Shown: in pieces, positions 36,109 to 48,850 of the stretch
How the letters are laid out: each line of letters starts with the position of its first letter
How positions within the stretch are numbered: the stretch's first letter is position 1
DNA from: Octopus sinensis
Taxonomy: Eukaryota
Assembly: GCF_006345805.1 (NCBI RefSeq)
Contig: NW_021832588.1
Location: forward strand, 1 to 59,478
Reading direction: 5' to 3'
DNA length: 59,478 nucleotides
The notes under the pieces: generated by a model
Databases searched by the model: none
What the model saw: the letters and a program-made list of their open reading frames with translations, nothing else
What the model was told of the DNA's origin: nothing
Position numbers and translations under genes: made by a program

Positions 36109-36715
36109 GGGGAAGGGAGAATGAGCGAGATACAGGTTCAAAGGAGAGAGAGAGAGAGAGGGAGTGAGAGACAGAGTGCCAGAGAGTGACCCACAAAGGG
36201 AAGGGGGACAGAGAAACAGAGAGAGAGAGAGAGAGAGAATAGGAAAGAAAGAGAGAAACAGATACAGAGAAAGAAAGACAGAAAGACAGACAGATAGAGA
36301 CAGAAATAGACACAGAGAGGAAAGAGAGAGAGACAGAGAGATAAACAGTGAAAGAAAGACAGGCAGACAGAGAGAGAGAGAGACAGACAGAGACATACAG
36401 AGAGAGATAAAGAGAGAAAGAGACTGTAAAACACACATGCACACACGTGCCGAGTGAGTGTGTGAGGAAAAGAGGGAGGGAGAGAGAAAGAGAGAGAGAG
36501 AGGGGGGGTGATAGGGTAACGTACCCGTGTGCCCTGCGACTGACCTTCGCTTAATTAGAAAGGCCTGTTGTTTTATAATGTTTTAAGGGGTTTGAATAAA
36601 CAGGTCATGACATCTATTGTTTACTTTATGAACAAGTCTGTCACCACCAGCCTCACACTCTAAAAACACTTTTAATTCACAATCGTCAATACAAATTCAC
36701 ACAGAACGCACCACG

Positions 36716-36760
<45 letters not shown>

Positions 36761-36895
36761 GCGCTAAATCTTCATGTCCCTTTTTACACAATAGTCATTC
36801 AATTCAATATCTTCCATTAACAAACTATCCTACAATATAAAAAAAATAATAATAAATCTGCTGCTGCTGCCACTACAACTACAACTACTATTACA

Positions 36896-36932
<37 letters not shown>

Positions 36933-37132
36933 ATGTTGTTACTACTATTACTACTAATGTTACTACTACTACTACTACTACTTGCCATACAGCCACCAGA
37001 AGCAACGCAAACATTTCCATTATCACAATAATCGTCGACGTCATCGTCATCGCAATCACCGTTGTCATTACCACCAACCACCACTACCACCACCACCACC
37101 ATCACCATACCACCATCATCATTATCATCATT

Positions 37133-37174
<42 letters not shown>

Positions 37175-37190
37175 GTCATCACCACCAGCT
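36055..37190. repeat. (GA)-rich, (CA)n and (CTA)/(CAT)n low-complexity block
   Basis: Directly visible. Confidence 0.85.
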
Positions 37191-37508
37191 GTAGCAGCCT
37201 TTAACCATTATTGCTTTCTTCTTCCTTTCATTATTTTCACTCGTGTAGGTTGTATATATATATATATATATATAATTTTCATCCACAAGGGAGGAAACAA
37301 AAAAAAACAACACAACAGGAACCAATTACAGTATTATTATTAATAGGCGCTCAGGAGATGGAAGCGGGAGATATATATATATATATATGTATTATAATAT
37401 GTTATATACATTGTATTATATATATATATATATGTACAGACGTACATACTCTCATGTATATATAATTTATACACATGGAGCGTGTAAATATGTGTGAATA
37501 TAAACTGT

Positions 37509-37563
<55 letters not shown>

Positions 37564-37574
37564 AGATATATATG

Positions 37575-37617
<43 letters not shown>

Positions 37618-37937
37618 GTAAATCGTGTATATAATATAGAAATCAGCATACAAGCCGTTACACCCATCATACACCAGAAACTAACCCCATTGCCCCTTCC
37701 TCTACAAGATCACCAGCTGTTTCCTATTAAAACTTTGCAAAAATTGGATAATGCTTGTTCTTATGGCGATATCCAATTTTACTTGATTTTCATTGTAAAT
37801 AAATTGATATTTTTTGTAATGCTTTTCTTTTCTTTCGCAAGCATCATAAGTATTTCCTTCATCGTATTTCTACAGAAAGATATTCATTCATTCACGCATA
37901 TATATGCGAGTTTGTGTGTGCGTATGCACCTCTATTT

Positions 37938-38575
37938 CGCGGTTGTATGGTAGGTAAGTAGCTCGCTTCCCAACCAATTGGTTCCGGGTTCTGTCCCATT
38001 TGGTGGCACCGTAAGAATGTGTCTTCTAGTATAGCCTGGGGTTGACCAAAACCTTGTCAGTGTATTTGGTAGACGGAAACTGAAAGAAACCCGTCGTATA
38101 AATGAATAAATAAATATATATATATATATGAGTGCGTGTGTGAGTATGTGTGTGTCTTTGTGTATATTTGTGTTCCCATTATCGCTTGACAATAGCGGCG
38201 AGCTGGCAGAAGCGTTAGCGCGCCGGGCGAAATGCTTAGCAGTATTTCGCCTGCCGCTACGTTCTGAGTTCAAAGTCCGCCTTTGCCGTTCATCTTTTCG
38301 GGGTCGATATATTAAGAACCAGTTACGCACTGGGGTTGATATAATCGACTTAATCCGTTTGTCTGCTCTTGTTTGTTCCCTCTGTGTTTAGCCCCTTGTG
38401 GGTAGTAAAAAAATAGGTTAGTGTGTTTACGCCCCCGTAAATTAGCAGTACGGCAAAGAGACCGATAGTATAAGTACCCAGCTTTAAAAATAAGTAATGG
38501 GGTTGATGCATCCGACTAAAGGCCCTAGAAGGTGATGGCCCAACTTGGCTGCAGTCTAATGGCTGAAAAATATAA
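37938..38575 (+). mobile_element. SINE family A with a family B monomer nested at 38194-38417
   Basis: A breaks after ATCGCTTGACAA and resumes at GTGTGTTTACG; the B insert starts GCGGCGAGCTGGCAG. Confidence 0.85.
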
Positions 38576-39044
38576 GCAACGTTGAATAACATATATTCGT
38601 GGAAAGCAAATGAACATGTTCGAGGTCCACTTTACCCTTCATCCTTTCGGGGTCAATAAATTCAGTTGAGTACTGAGGTTGATCTAATCAACTGCTCCGA
38701 AATTTCGGGCCTTGTGCCTAGTGTAGAAAAATATATTATTACAAGCTAATGACAGAAAAAAATTCGACCTGTTAGAAATAGCAATCAAATCTTCAAAATA
38801 CAGCATAGCTCCGCAAAAATAGAAGAACACCTTAGACTATGTTGTCTCGTAGATATATAAAGGCGGTATGGTCAAAGCTGGAATGCTTTGGTTCATCGGC
38901 CAAACTCGGTGGGAGTTGATTTGGAGTTAGACATGAATAGCAACAATAAAATCGACTCAGTTCTTCTCGGAAATGATAAAAATTATTTCATATGGAGATT
39001 GTGGATGGAGCGGTCGGAGCGGTGTGACTATTTTTGTTTGTGAG

Positions 39045-39205
39045 ATCGAGCTACGTTCTGAGTTCAAATTCCGCCGAGATCGACTTTGCCTTTCATCCTT
39101 TCGGGGTCGATAAATTAAGTACCAGTTGCGTACTGTGATCGATCTAATCGACTGGCCTCTCTCTCCAAAAATTTCGGGCCTTGTGCCTAGAGTAGAAAAG
39201 AATAT
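39045..39205 (+). mobile_element. SINE family B, 5'-truncated monomer
   Basis: B box, body and tail CCTTGTGCCTAGAGTAGAAAAGAATAT. Confidence 0.85.
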
Positions 39206-39665
39206 CAACATGTTCGAAAGCACTCGTTTCTTGAAAAGACCTTCCGCTTCGAAGGTAGCCATGTGAGAAAATTATCTCTTAGATATGTAGCAAGTTGTGA
39301 ATGACGACACTGGAAGTTAAGTCGCCGGCCCTTTTATGTTGTTTCATTTTGTCATTTACAAACACCATGTCCCCTTCTTACATAGTCTCTCCTCTCTGTT
39401 CATTTAAACTCATAAACCCATGCTATTTTATTACCAGTTCAAATATGCTTGAGGCACTTTCGAAGTGGGGAACAAGCCATCCACTGTTTTGTCATGGAGA
39501 AAATTTCTCGCTGTTGACAAATGGTGCGGATACACCTAGATCAGTTCGCAGCACCACCTACCTAGACTGTGAGATGTCAGCATTTCGGAGGAGTTGTTGC
39601 TTCATTAGTCACAGACACTGACTATGAAACACAGAGATGGGAAGGGTGACGAAAGAACTAGCATA

Positions 39666-39897
39666 TGTGTGTGTTTATGTGTGTGTGTGCATATAATATG
39701 TACAGATATATATACATATATATAAATATATATATAATATATATATGTATGAATATATAATAATATATATAATATATAATATATATAATAATATATATAT
39801 ATAATAATATATATAATATATATATAATATATAGGTATGTATGTATATATATATATATATGCATTATGCATATATATGTATGTATACATATATATAC

Positions 39898-39946
<49 letters not shown>

Positions 39947-41072
39947 TATATGGAGAGAGTCAGAGAAGAATGGAAAAGGATATATATGTGTGCATGTGTA
40001 CAGGTATGTCATTACACACACTCACAAAGACACACATATATATACACACAGATATATAAAAGTGAGTGCTGTGAAGCAATGCTGTATGCCTAGTACTGCT
40101 AGCATTAGCTAGCCAACAGTATAAGCTGTATGTAATTGAACCGTCAAGCATATTACTAAGTCATCTTGCGATATTCAACATCCCTCCATATTTTTCGCAT
40201 GAAGTCAATCATTAAATTTTCGTTCCTTTATCCCTCAACTATTATCTTGTACGTTATATAAATTCTTATATTATAGCAACATTCACTCCTTGAAATATGA
40301 AATTGACATCCAAACTTGGCTGCTATTTTATTTATTGATCCCAGAAGAATGTAAAGCAAAGATAGCCTCGGTGAAATTTAAACTCTGAATTCAAAGGGAT
40401 GTAACTATAGAGTTGAAAACAATTTTACGAAGGGTGACGAAGAGCTAGCATATAACAGTATCCATTGGCTGAAATAAAAAGGATCGTAAAATTGTTTTCA
40501 ACTCTATAGTTACATCCCTTTGCATTCAGAGTTTAAATTTCACCGCGGCCATCTTTGCTTTACATTCTTCTGGGATCAATAAATAAAATAGTAGCCAAGT
40601 TTGGATGTCAATTTCATATTTCAAGGAGTGAATGTTGCTATAATATAAGAATTTATATAACGTACAAGATAATAGTTGAGGGATAAAGGAACGAAAATTT
40701 AATGATGCACTTCATGCGAAAAATATGGAGGGATGTTGAATATCGCAAGATGACTTAGTAATATGCTTGACGGTTCAATTACATACAGCTTATACTGTTG
40801 GCTAGCTAATGCTAGCAATACTAGGCATACAGCATTGCTTCACAGCACTCACTTTTATATATCTGTGTGTATATATATGTGTGTCTTTGTGAGTGTGTGT
40901 AATGACATACCTGTACACACACATACACATATATATCCTTTTCCCTTTCTCTCTCACTCTCTCCATATATGCATATATATAATATATTATATAATATATA
41001 TATAAGATATGTAATATATATATATATAATTGTATATATATGTATACTATATATGCATATATGCATATATAT

Positions 41073-41135
<63 letters not shown>

Positions 41136-41585
41136 GTATATATATGTATCATATATATGCATATATGCATATATATATATATATATATATAATACATACA
41201 TACATATATATTATATATATATATTTATATATATATTATATATATATTATATTAAATTAGAGACAAAACCACTATTAGGCAAATCATACAATGAAAAACT
41301 TAAGTCAATACATAAGATTATTTAATTTATATTATCTAAATATATAACAAATATAACCTAATAGTGGTTTTGTCTCTAATTTAATATATATAATATTTTA
41401 CTATAAAATTGGATTCAATCCTAAATCTGATTTTCCCTGTAAGTTTGATTTATTCCCTAATTATTTATTATTATATATATATAGATATTTATATATATTA
41501 TATATATTATATTCATATATATATATATATAATATATATATATATATGTACATAAATATATGCACACACACATACACACACACAT
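39666..41585. repeat. Large inverted duplication; unique arms 39941-40430 and 40484-40975 with a 53-bp spacer
   Basis: Arms are reverse complements with scattered substitutions; similarity extends outward through AT-rich sequence to ~39666 and ~41585. Confidence 0.92.
41248..41388. mobile_element. Small foldback with perfect 32-bp inverted ends in (TA)n
   Basis: TATATTAAATTAGAGACAAAACCACTATTAGG (41248-41279) and its exact reverse complement (41357-41388). Confidence 0.75.
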
Positions 41586-41718
41586 ATATATATACACACA
41601 TATATATATACGTATGTATATATGGGGCATATATTATTATATAAATAATATATAATTATAGTTATTAAAAAAAGATCTATGTGGGTCGCTTTTCTCCCTA
41701 ATTCAAAGCCTTTGTGTT

Positions 41719-41772
<54 letters not shown>

Positions 41773-42297
41773 TATATGTATATATAATATCTGTATATGT
41801 GCATATATAGCTGGATGTTTGTGTGTATATATATATATATATGTACATTGTATGCATGTATATATATATATTGTGTGTGTGTATGTGTATCTATTTTTAC
41901 TTATATACTCAAGTAGACATACACTTACATCCATAGATGTACGAACATAAACTGCCACACCCTGTTTTAGAGTTTTCTTATCTAGTACGAGTTCCCTGAC
42001 AGCAACATCATCCCCAACACCCCCGTATGACCAACACCAGTAGCTGTAGACTACTTACGTCACGTCGGTATGCCCCTGCACACATCATCTATCATTATTT
42101 GCATCCATCTCATTGCCATCTCGTAATCCATCTTATTTTGTCACTTGTTCGGGTTTGTTTACTTCAACCTCATGTGTTAATGCTTCGGTTTGAACCAACC
42201 TAAATGCTCATTCCCTATAGGCATCTTGACTTGTGTGCGTGTGCATGTATGTCTGTGTATGACTGTGTAAGTGTCAATGTGTGCGTTTGTGTGCTTA

Positions 42298-42330
<33 letters not shown>

Positions 42331-42666
42331 CTTTGTTGATAAAATGTGGTTCTTCTGTACCAATGGTTGCTGTTAATATTAGGGTTTGACTATCAATGAT
42401 ATATTTCTTATGGAACTATTTTTTAATGACTTTGTGAGAGAGAAAAAAATAATTAACGAAGAGTAGTGCACTTAATTAACTCTTATCTAGTGCTCTAAGA
42501 ATAGTAGGAGGTGTGAAGGAGGCAGGAAATTATTCTTAGGCAAAAGCTAGACTCGAATGCTTTTAGTGAAGTGAATTCCTCTAAAGGCACCCGAAAACCA
42601 GGTTGTTGGTGATAGACCGGACGTGGAATTAAATCTGCAAGACTTCTTTCTATTATGATTGATAAA

Positions 42667-43057
42667 GTGCAGTGTGGCTGTGTGGTAAGAAGGTTGATTC
42701 GCAACCACATGGTACCAGGTTCAGTCCCACAGCGTGGCATCTTGGGTGTGTTCTACTATAGCCTCGTGCCAAGCAAATTTTGTAACTGGATTTGGTAGCG
42801 AGAAACTGAAAGAAATCCGTCGTATACACACACTATATATTCTTACATATATGTGTGTGTATTTTTTCCTACCGTTGATTAGCACCTAGTGTTGGTGTGT
42901 TGATGCCCTCATAACTTAGCAGTTTGGCGTAAGAGATCGATAAATTAAATACAAGGTTTAAACAAAAAGTAAGTTCTGGACTCGGTTTGTTTGACTAAAG
43001 TTCTCCAAGGTGGTGCCCCAGCATGGCCGCAGTCTAATGACTGAAACAAGTAAAAGT
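42667..43057 (+). mobile_element. SINE family A, diverged full-length
   Basis: Head GTGGCTGTGTGGTAAG; tail GACTGAAACAAGTAAAAG. Confidence 0.85.
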
Positions 43058-44470
43058 GAAGCACATTGTATTTCTGTACTAATTTCGTGTGCTATATACA
43101 TGATTTTTGTACAACTGTATTAATATACGACAGAAAACTATGCCTACCTGTTAAGGATTTACGCAAACCAAAAGAGTATTACGTACTTAGTTAATGTTTC
43201 CTTAGCGTGCCACGCTTAAACTATTTAAATACTGACATGACATTATTCTAGAGGGATGGCTTTCGCATAGCTGGTCTGTGTAAATATTCAGGCTCTGCCA
43301 TAGTTCTGTGGTTACGAAATTCCCTTCTAAGATGTTTTGGCTTGATTCTATTTCGCAACAATTTGGGCAAATGTCTTGAATCATACCTTCTTGTTAATCA
43401 AGGTTTGCGACAAATTTAATAAGAAGAAACTGTATGAGAGCACTTTGGAGAAAGTGTTCTTTGTTATGAAAGATAATCCTTTGCTTCCACTTCAATCTTA
43501 GGTACCTTTAGCAGACTACAATTTGTGGTATCATTTGGGTCATACCTTCGATCTATAAAACACTCCCATCTCCTTTTTTAAATTTTAGTTTCAATGTCAA
43601 ATGCCGTAAAAATGGACAAGGCCGCTGTTTTTACATTTTTGAAAGAGTAATTAAAAATACTTGGCGACGATTATCTGTGGTATAGCAATAAATCCGTTTG
43701 GTTGTAAAACTTTCCGCGTGAGTAGAAAACAGCCGATTATCCCGACCCAACTCTTTGGTAGGTATCCTGGAATTTTGAAAGTGTAAGTTGACCTCCTCGA
43801 GATTAGAAATCAGTAGGTAAAGAAATACAAAAATAAAAGCGGCAACGGATTCAATTCGACGCTTTCACGCCTGTGTCAGTGCGCCCCAGCGGAAGAAGAT
43901 AACAAACCTTTAATTTTACAAATTCAGAGATATGTAATTTATATTATTGTTTTCTTCTTGAGGCTTATATCTCGCTTTATCAGGCGATTCTTTGAAGGCG
44001 TCGTCAGCCGTCAGTTTGAAATTTGAATGCGGCAACTGGTTCTTAACCTTTGGCACAGACAACTCTCTTCTCGTCTGGCGCGTTACAATGTTTAATCTAT
44101 TTATCTGCTATTCAGTTATGTATAGTCATATTTAGCATGTTCGTGCAAAATGAACATGCAAAGACAATACGGCACAAGTGGTTTTGAGAGAAGAAATTCT
44201 CTTTATAGACGATATAGGTCTAAACATACAACAAAACAATGAATGAAACCACAAGACGGCTGGACGCATGTGTTTCTGCTTCAATGTTCTTTATCAACTA
44301 CATATACCGAGCCTTGGTCCATGGCCCCTAAGATCTTATCGCTCTTATATTAGAAAAGCAAATGATACATTTGTTGTTGTGCGAAAAGCTTGATCAAATT
44401 AATTAAAGATGTATTAAGCAGCGCTGAATGAAGTATTGTGCAGTCATACGTAACAGTTATAGTTAACAGT

Positions 44471-44657
44471 TATGTACACTCATATTATTTACATTTGACG
44501 GATATTTGTCCTCATCTTGTTTGTTGTTAAAACAATGTTTCGGCCGATATACCCTCTAGCCTTCATCAGGTGTCTTGGGGAAATTTCGAACCTGAGTTCT
44601 CATTCCTAAGGTATTTTTCGATGTTGTTAGTAGCCCACGATATTAGCCACTACGCTA
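44471..44657 (-). mobile_element. SINE family D, second copy (B box and TAA run deleted)
   Basis: Head remnant TAGCGTAGTGGCTAATATCGTGGGCTACTAAC fused to AACATCGAAAAATACC; an outward-facing tail copy lies at 44840-44892 (+). Confidence 0.8.
44529..44574 (-). ncRNA. Minimal type I hammerhead motif, partly decayed
   Basis: GACAC-CUGAUGA-A-GGCU-AGAGGGUAUAUC-GGCC-GAAAC-AUU^GUUUU. Confidence 0.62.
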
Positions 44658-45007
44658 TATCCCCGTGGGAAATTATGGAGCGAATGTTAGGACTTGTAAT
44701 TCTAATATTTTCCTATCCTTCCTTAATACCGGTTTCCATATGCTATTCATATCTATTCATGTCTGCTTAGGAGGTTGTTGTGTCCTAGCATATGTGCTGC
44801 TTCTTTTATTCGTATTTTCCAGTGGTGTTCTCTGTCTATAATGTAAATAATGTAAATAATGTACATAGTTCTTCATCTCTTAAATATAGAACTGTCATAA
44901 TTAACATGTTCGTATAAATTTGGACATGAAAATATAATACACTGCACAAGTTTTCTGGACAATACGTGTGTAAACATACAAATAGGCAATGAATGACGTC
45001 ACGGGAG

Positions 45008-45052
45008 CGTAGGTTGCACGCATTTCTGCGTTGTTACGCTTCATCAGCTACG
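45008..45052 (-). ncRNA. Type I hammerhead-like fold, orphan family
   Basis: CGUAG-CUGAUGA-A-GCGU-AACA-ACGC-A-GAAA-UGC-GU-GCA-AC-CUACG; all three stems pair, but position 16.1 is A instead of U. Confidence 0.55.
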
Positions 45053-45744
45053 TATACCGATCCATCGTTCATGACCACTAAAAGCTAGCTCCTTCCATAT
45101 TTGAATAGCAAATGCTTCATTTGTTAATGTGGGCTGCAGTCTATGGCATTTCTCCATGCGACACAAATATTTAATGAAATCAAAAATCAAAAACGGAAAA
45201 CACAAGGAAGAAAAGATCAACCGTCAGCTACTTTGTAGCCACTTAAACTACTTACTAAGTACGCTACCTCAACACAATGCCTTGCTAAATGAAGCATAGG
45301 AATATGTTAACCGTATTTATCTTATTCTTGTTATTGTTATTCGTGTATTTGTCGTTTAACGAGTGACATTTTCGCCCGTCCTAGTAATTATCGTATATTG
45401 ATATCTAAATTGGTAATCGTTTATTTTGTCATGATTTTCACGTGATGTGAATAGGAATGGCATTTTAAAACAAGTTTACTTCCATTCCATATGTTCCCGC
45501 CACATTTGTTTTGTTTCACTGTTTTTTTTTCTTTCTTTACCTGTTTTTGTTATTGTTGATGTTGTTGGTGTTGTTTTGCATCAGTTTTATCGCCTGGCTA
45601 TTATTCTTTGGAATCAATCTTTGTTGGTTTGCATTTGTTATTATGGTTCAATGTTCCAATGTACCAATGTTCCAATGCTCTATTCTCTTTTTCTCTTCGA
45701 GCCGTTACTTGTTTTATATTCTTTCATTCAATGGAAATGGTGCA

Positions 45745-47069
45745 TTTATGCTGCTGCTGCTGCTGCTACTGCTGCTACTGTTGATGATATTGGTGGTGAT
45801 GGTAGTGGTGGTGGTGATGATGATAATGATAATAGTAGTGGTGGTGGTGGTGGTGGTGGTGGTCATGATGATGATGGCAGTGGTGATGGTGATGGTGATG
45901 ATGATCATGATGATATGATGGTAGAGGTGGTGGTGATGATTATGATGATGATAGTAGTGGTGGTGGCGGTGGTGGTGATGATGATGATGACATGATGGTA
46001 GTGGTGATAGTGGTGGTGATGATGATTGTAATGGTATGATGGTGATTATGATGATGACGATGGTAATGGTGGTGGTGGTGATGATGATGATGACATGATG
46101 GTAGTGGTGATAGGGTGGTGATGATGATTGTAATGGTATGATGGTGATATGATGTGATTATATGATGACGGGTAGTGGTGGTGGTGGTGATGATATGATG
46201 ATGAGAATGATGATAGTATTGGTGGCGGTGATGTAGTGGTGGTGGTGATGTGGTGGTGTGATGATGTGATGATAGTATGGCGGTGATGTAGTATGGCGTG
46301 ATGATGGTAGTGGTGGTGGTGATGGTAGTGGTGGTGGTGATGATGTAATGATGATAGTAGGGTGGCGGTGATGGTAGTGGTGGTTGGTGATGATGGTATG
46401 GTGGTGGTGATGATGATAATGATGATAGTAGTGGTGGCGTGATGTAGTGGTGGTGGTGATGGTAGGGTGGTGTGATGATGATAATGATGATGTAGTGGTG
46501 GCGTGATGTAGTGTGGTGGTGATGGTAGTGGTGGTGGTGATGATGATAATGATGATAGTAGTGGTGGCGGTGATGGTAGTGGTGGTGGTGATGGTAGTGG
46601 TGGTGGTGATGATGATAATGATGATAGTAGTGGTGGTGGTGGTGATGATGATGATGATGATGATATGATGGTAGTGGCGATGGTGGTGTTGATGATGATT
46701 GTAGTTGGGTGATAGTGATTATGATGATGACGATGGTAGTGGTGGTGGTGGTGGTGGTAGTGTTAGTGTTTGCTGCAGTATTGGTGGTGGTGCCGATGAT
46801 GAAGATGAGTATGCTGATCGTGACTGTAATGTTGGTGGTTGTGGCGGTTGTAGTAGTGATGATGGTGGCGGAGATGGTTGTTGTAGTGGTGGTAGCGATG
46901 GTATTACTTGTGGCAATGGTTGCGGTGGTACTTATAGTGGTGGTTGTGGTAACGGTGATGGCGGCTGTGATGCTGTTTGAGGTTGTCTTTGTCGCGATGG
47001 TGGTGGCAGTGGCTGTTTTGGTGATGGTGGTGATTACGTTGGTGTTAGTGGTGGTGATGGTAGCGAAAT

Positions 47070-47100
<31 letters not shown>

Positions 47101-47110
47101 GAGGAGAACA
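45745..47110. repeat. GGT/GAT/AGT trinucleotide low-complexity region with higher-order units
   Basis: Directly visible; duplicated ~100-bp block followed by several ~60-70-bp units. Confidence 0.9.
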
Positions 47111-47339
47111 AGGGGAAGGATCAGGTGGAGGAAGGTGATATGAAGAACGAGGAAGTTAACAATAGGAACGAAAGCGCTACAAACAATTACAAGGCAGACA
47201 ACAGCAACAACAATAACAACAACTAAAACAACAATATCAACAATATTAACAAAAGAATAAAAATATTAACAGTTATTGCAGTAGTAGAGAAATTATTCGG
47301 ATTAAGATATGATTTATCATTGTTTTATCATCATCATCA

Positions 47340-47370
<31 letters not shown>

Positions 47371-47664
47371 CATTCTTATATAAAGGGATGTAAATAATAG
47401 AAAATGGAAGTGACATTAGCAACATCATCATCACCATCATCATGATGCGTATCGTCGACATGATAAGTATCATCATTATCTTTATTTGTTACCTTTATAA
47501 TTATCCTTATCATAAATTTTCTCATCGTTGTCATAATCATCGCAATCAACGCCTTAATCCACAACAGCATCATCATCAGCGTCTTGATCATCATCGCCGC
47601 CGAGGTCATCGTCATATGTATGTGTGTGTGTATGTGTATATGTGTGTGGGTGTGTGTATATGTA

Positions 47665-47716
<52 letters not shown>

Positions 47717-47786
47717 TAATATATATATATATTATATATATACCCTTCTTCCTAGCTCTCTTGTCTGACCACCTCTGACCGGCATT

Positions 47787-47970
47787 CGCCATGATTGATT
47801 GCTAGCCACTAAACCCTTTTTTTTTCTCTCTCTGTTTATTTCTGTGTTTCTTTCTGTTGAGGAGTGTAGGCTCGAAACGTAAAAGACTCTCTCACTTCCC
47901 GAGCGTTAAACTAATACATCTGTTTGTTGTTTACACACCCGTCTTCGTCTTTTTTTTTGTAAATTCTAAC
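47787..47970 (+). mobile_element. Family E (PLE pseudo-LTR-like) element
   Basis: Third copy; ends AAATTCTAAC|TATATA. Confidence 0.78.
47849..47886 (+). ncRNA. Minimal type I hammerhead-like motif, variant core CUGUUGA
   Basis: UCUUU-CUGUUGA-G-GAGU-GUAG-GCUC-GAAAC-GUA^AAAGA. Confidence 0.68.
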
Positions 47971-48090
47971 TATATATATGTATGCATATATGTAAAATCA
48001 GGGTAATAAAGATTTTAGAAATTTTTACTACCAGTGGTCTAGCGTATAGAAAAATTAGTCAATAGACTATATATTATTCATATAAAATGC

Positions 48091-48512
48091 TGTGTAGATT
48101 TAAACGCATTAAGAGGTATCCATCATAGGACTCCCTTACGCTAGAAAGAACAGCTAAAGTCCAAACCACTAATTAGGGATAACATTTTGAAGGGGATGAA
48201 AAATAAAAACATTTACCATTTATTTCCTGGTGGTTTTGAAAAATTAAAATGTATAAGCAAGAGACACATGCTAGATTGACCTCGTGCTTATATGTTTAAT
48301 CTTGGCGTACCTGTTGATGAAGACTTTGCCTGACAAATTATTTTATTTGCTAAAAAATGTCAGAAACCATGGTCCAGGAAATAGATGGTAAATGTTTTTA
48401 TTTTTTATTCCCTTAGAGATTTTATCCCTAATTAGTGGTTTGGACTTTAGCTGTTCCTTCTAGCGTAAGGGAGTCCTATGATGGATACCTCTTAATGTGT
48501 TTAGATGTACAC
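48091..48512. mobile_element. Foldback/MITE-like element with ~145-bp inverted arms
   Basis: Outer ~91 bp (from 48091 vs to 48512) have 4 mismatches; weaker similarity continues inward to 48235/48364; no TSD seen. Confidence 0.7.
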
Positions 48513-48621
48513 TGTAATTTATATGTATGCATATATGTATTTATATGTGTGTGTGTATGTATATATGTGTATATATGTATATATATGTGTGTGTGTATGT
48601 ATATATGTGTATATATGTATG

Positions 48622-48679
<58 letters not shown>

Positions 48680-48719
48680 TACACATTCACAAACAGATAC
48701 ATATACACATATATTTATA

Positions 48720-48850
48720 TAAGGCAGGCTTCTTTTAGTTTCCGTCTTCGAAATCCACACATAGTAGTAGATATCTGCTCAAGGTGCAACGGTGTGAACT
48801 GTACACGGAGCCATGTGGTTGGTCAATAAAACTCCTTACCACATAGCCAC
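48720..48850 (-). mobile_element. SINE family A, degenerate 5' portion
   Basis: AGTTTCCGTC, GCTCAAGGTGC, CTTACCACATAGCCAC. Confidence 0.65.

Noticed and set aside
39941-40975. Palindrome as a pure assembly fold-back artefact
   Set aside because: Arms differ by substitutions and by arm-specific inserts, and there is a duplicated anchor motif; an artefact is less likely but still needs read confirmation.
43700-44100. Moderately CpG-rich unique stretch as a promoter or UTR
   Set aside because: No motif cluster, ORF or splice pattern strong enough to call.
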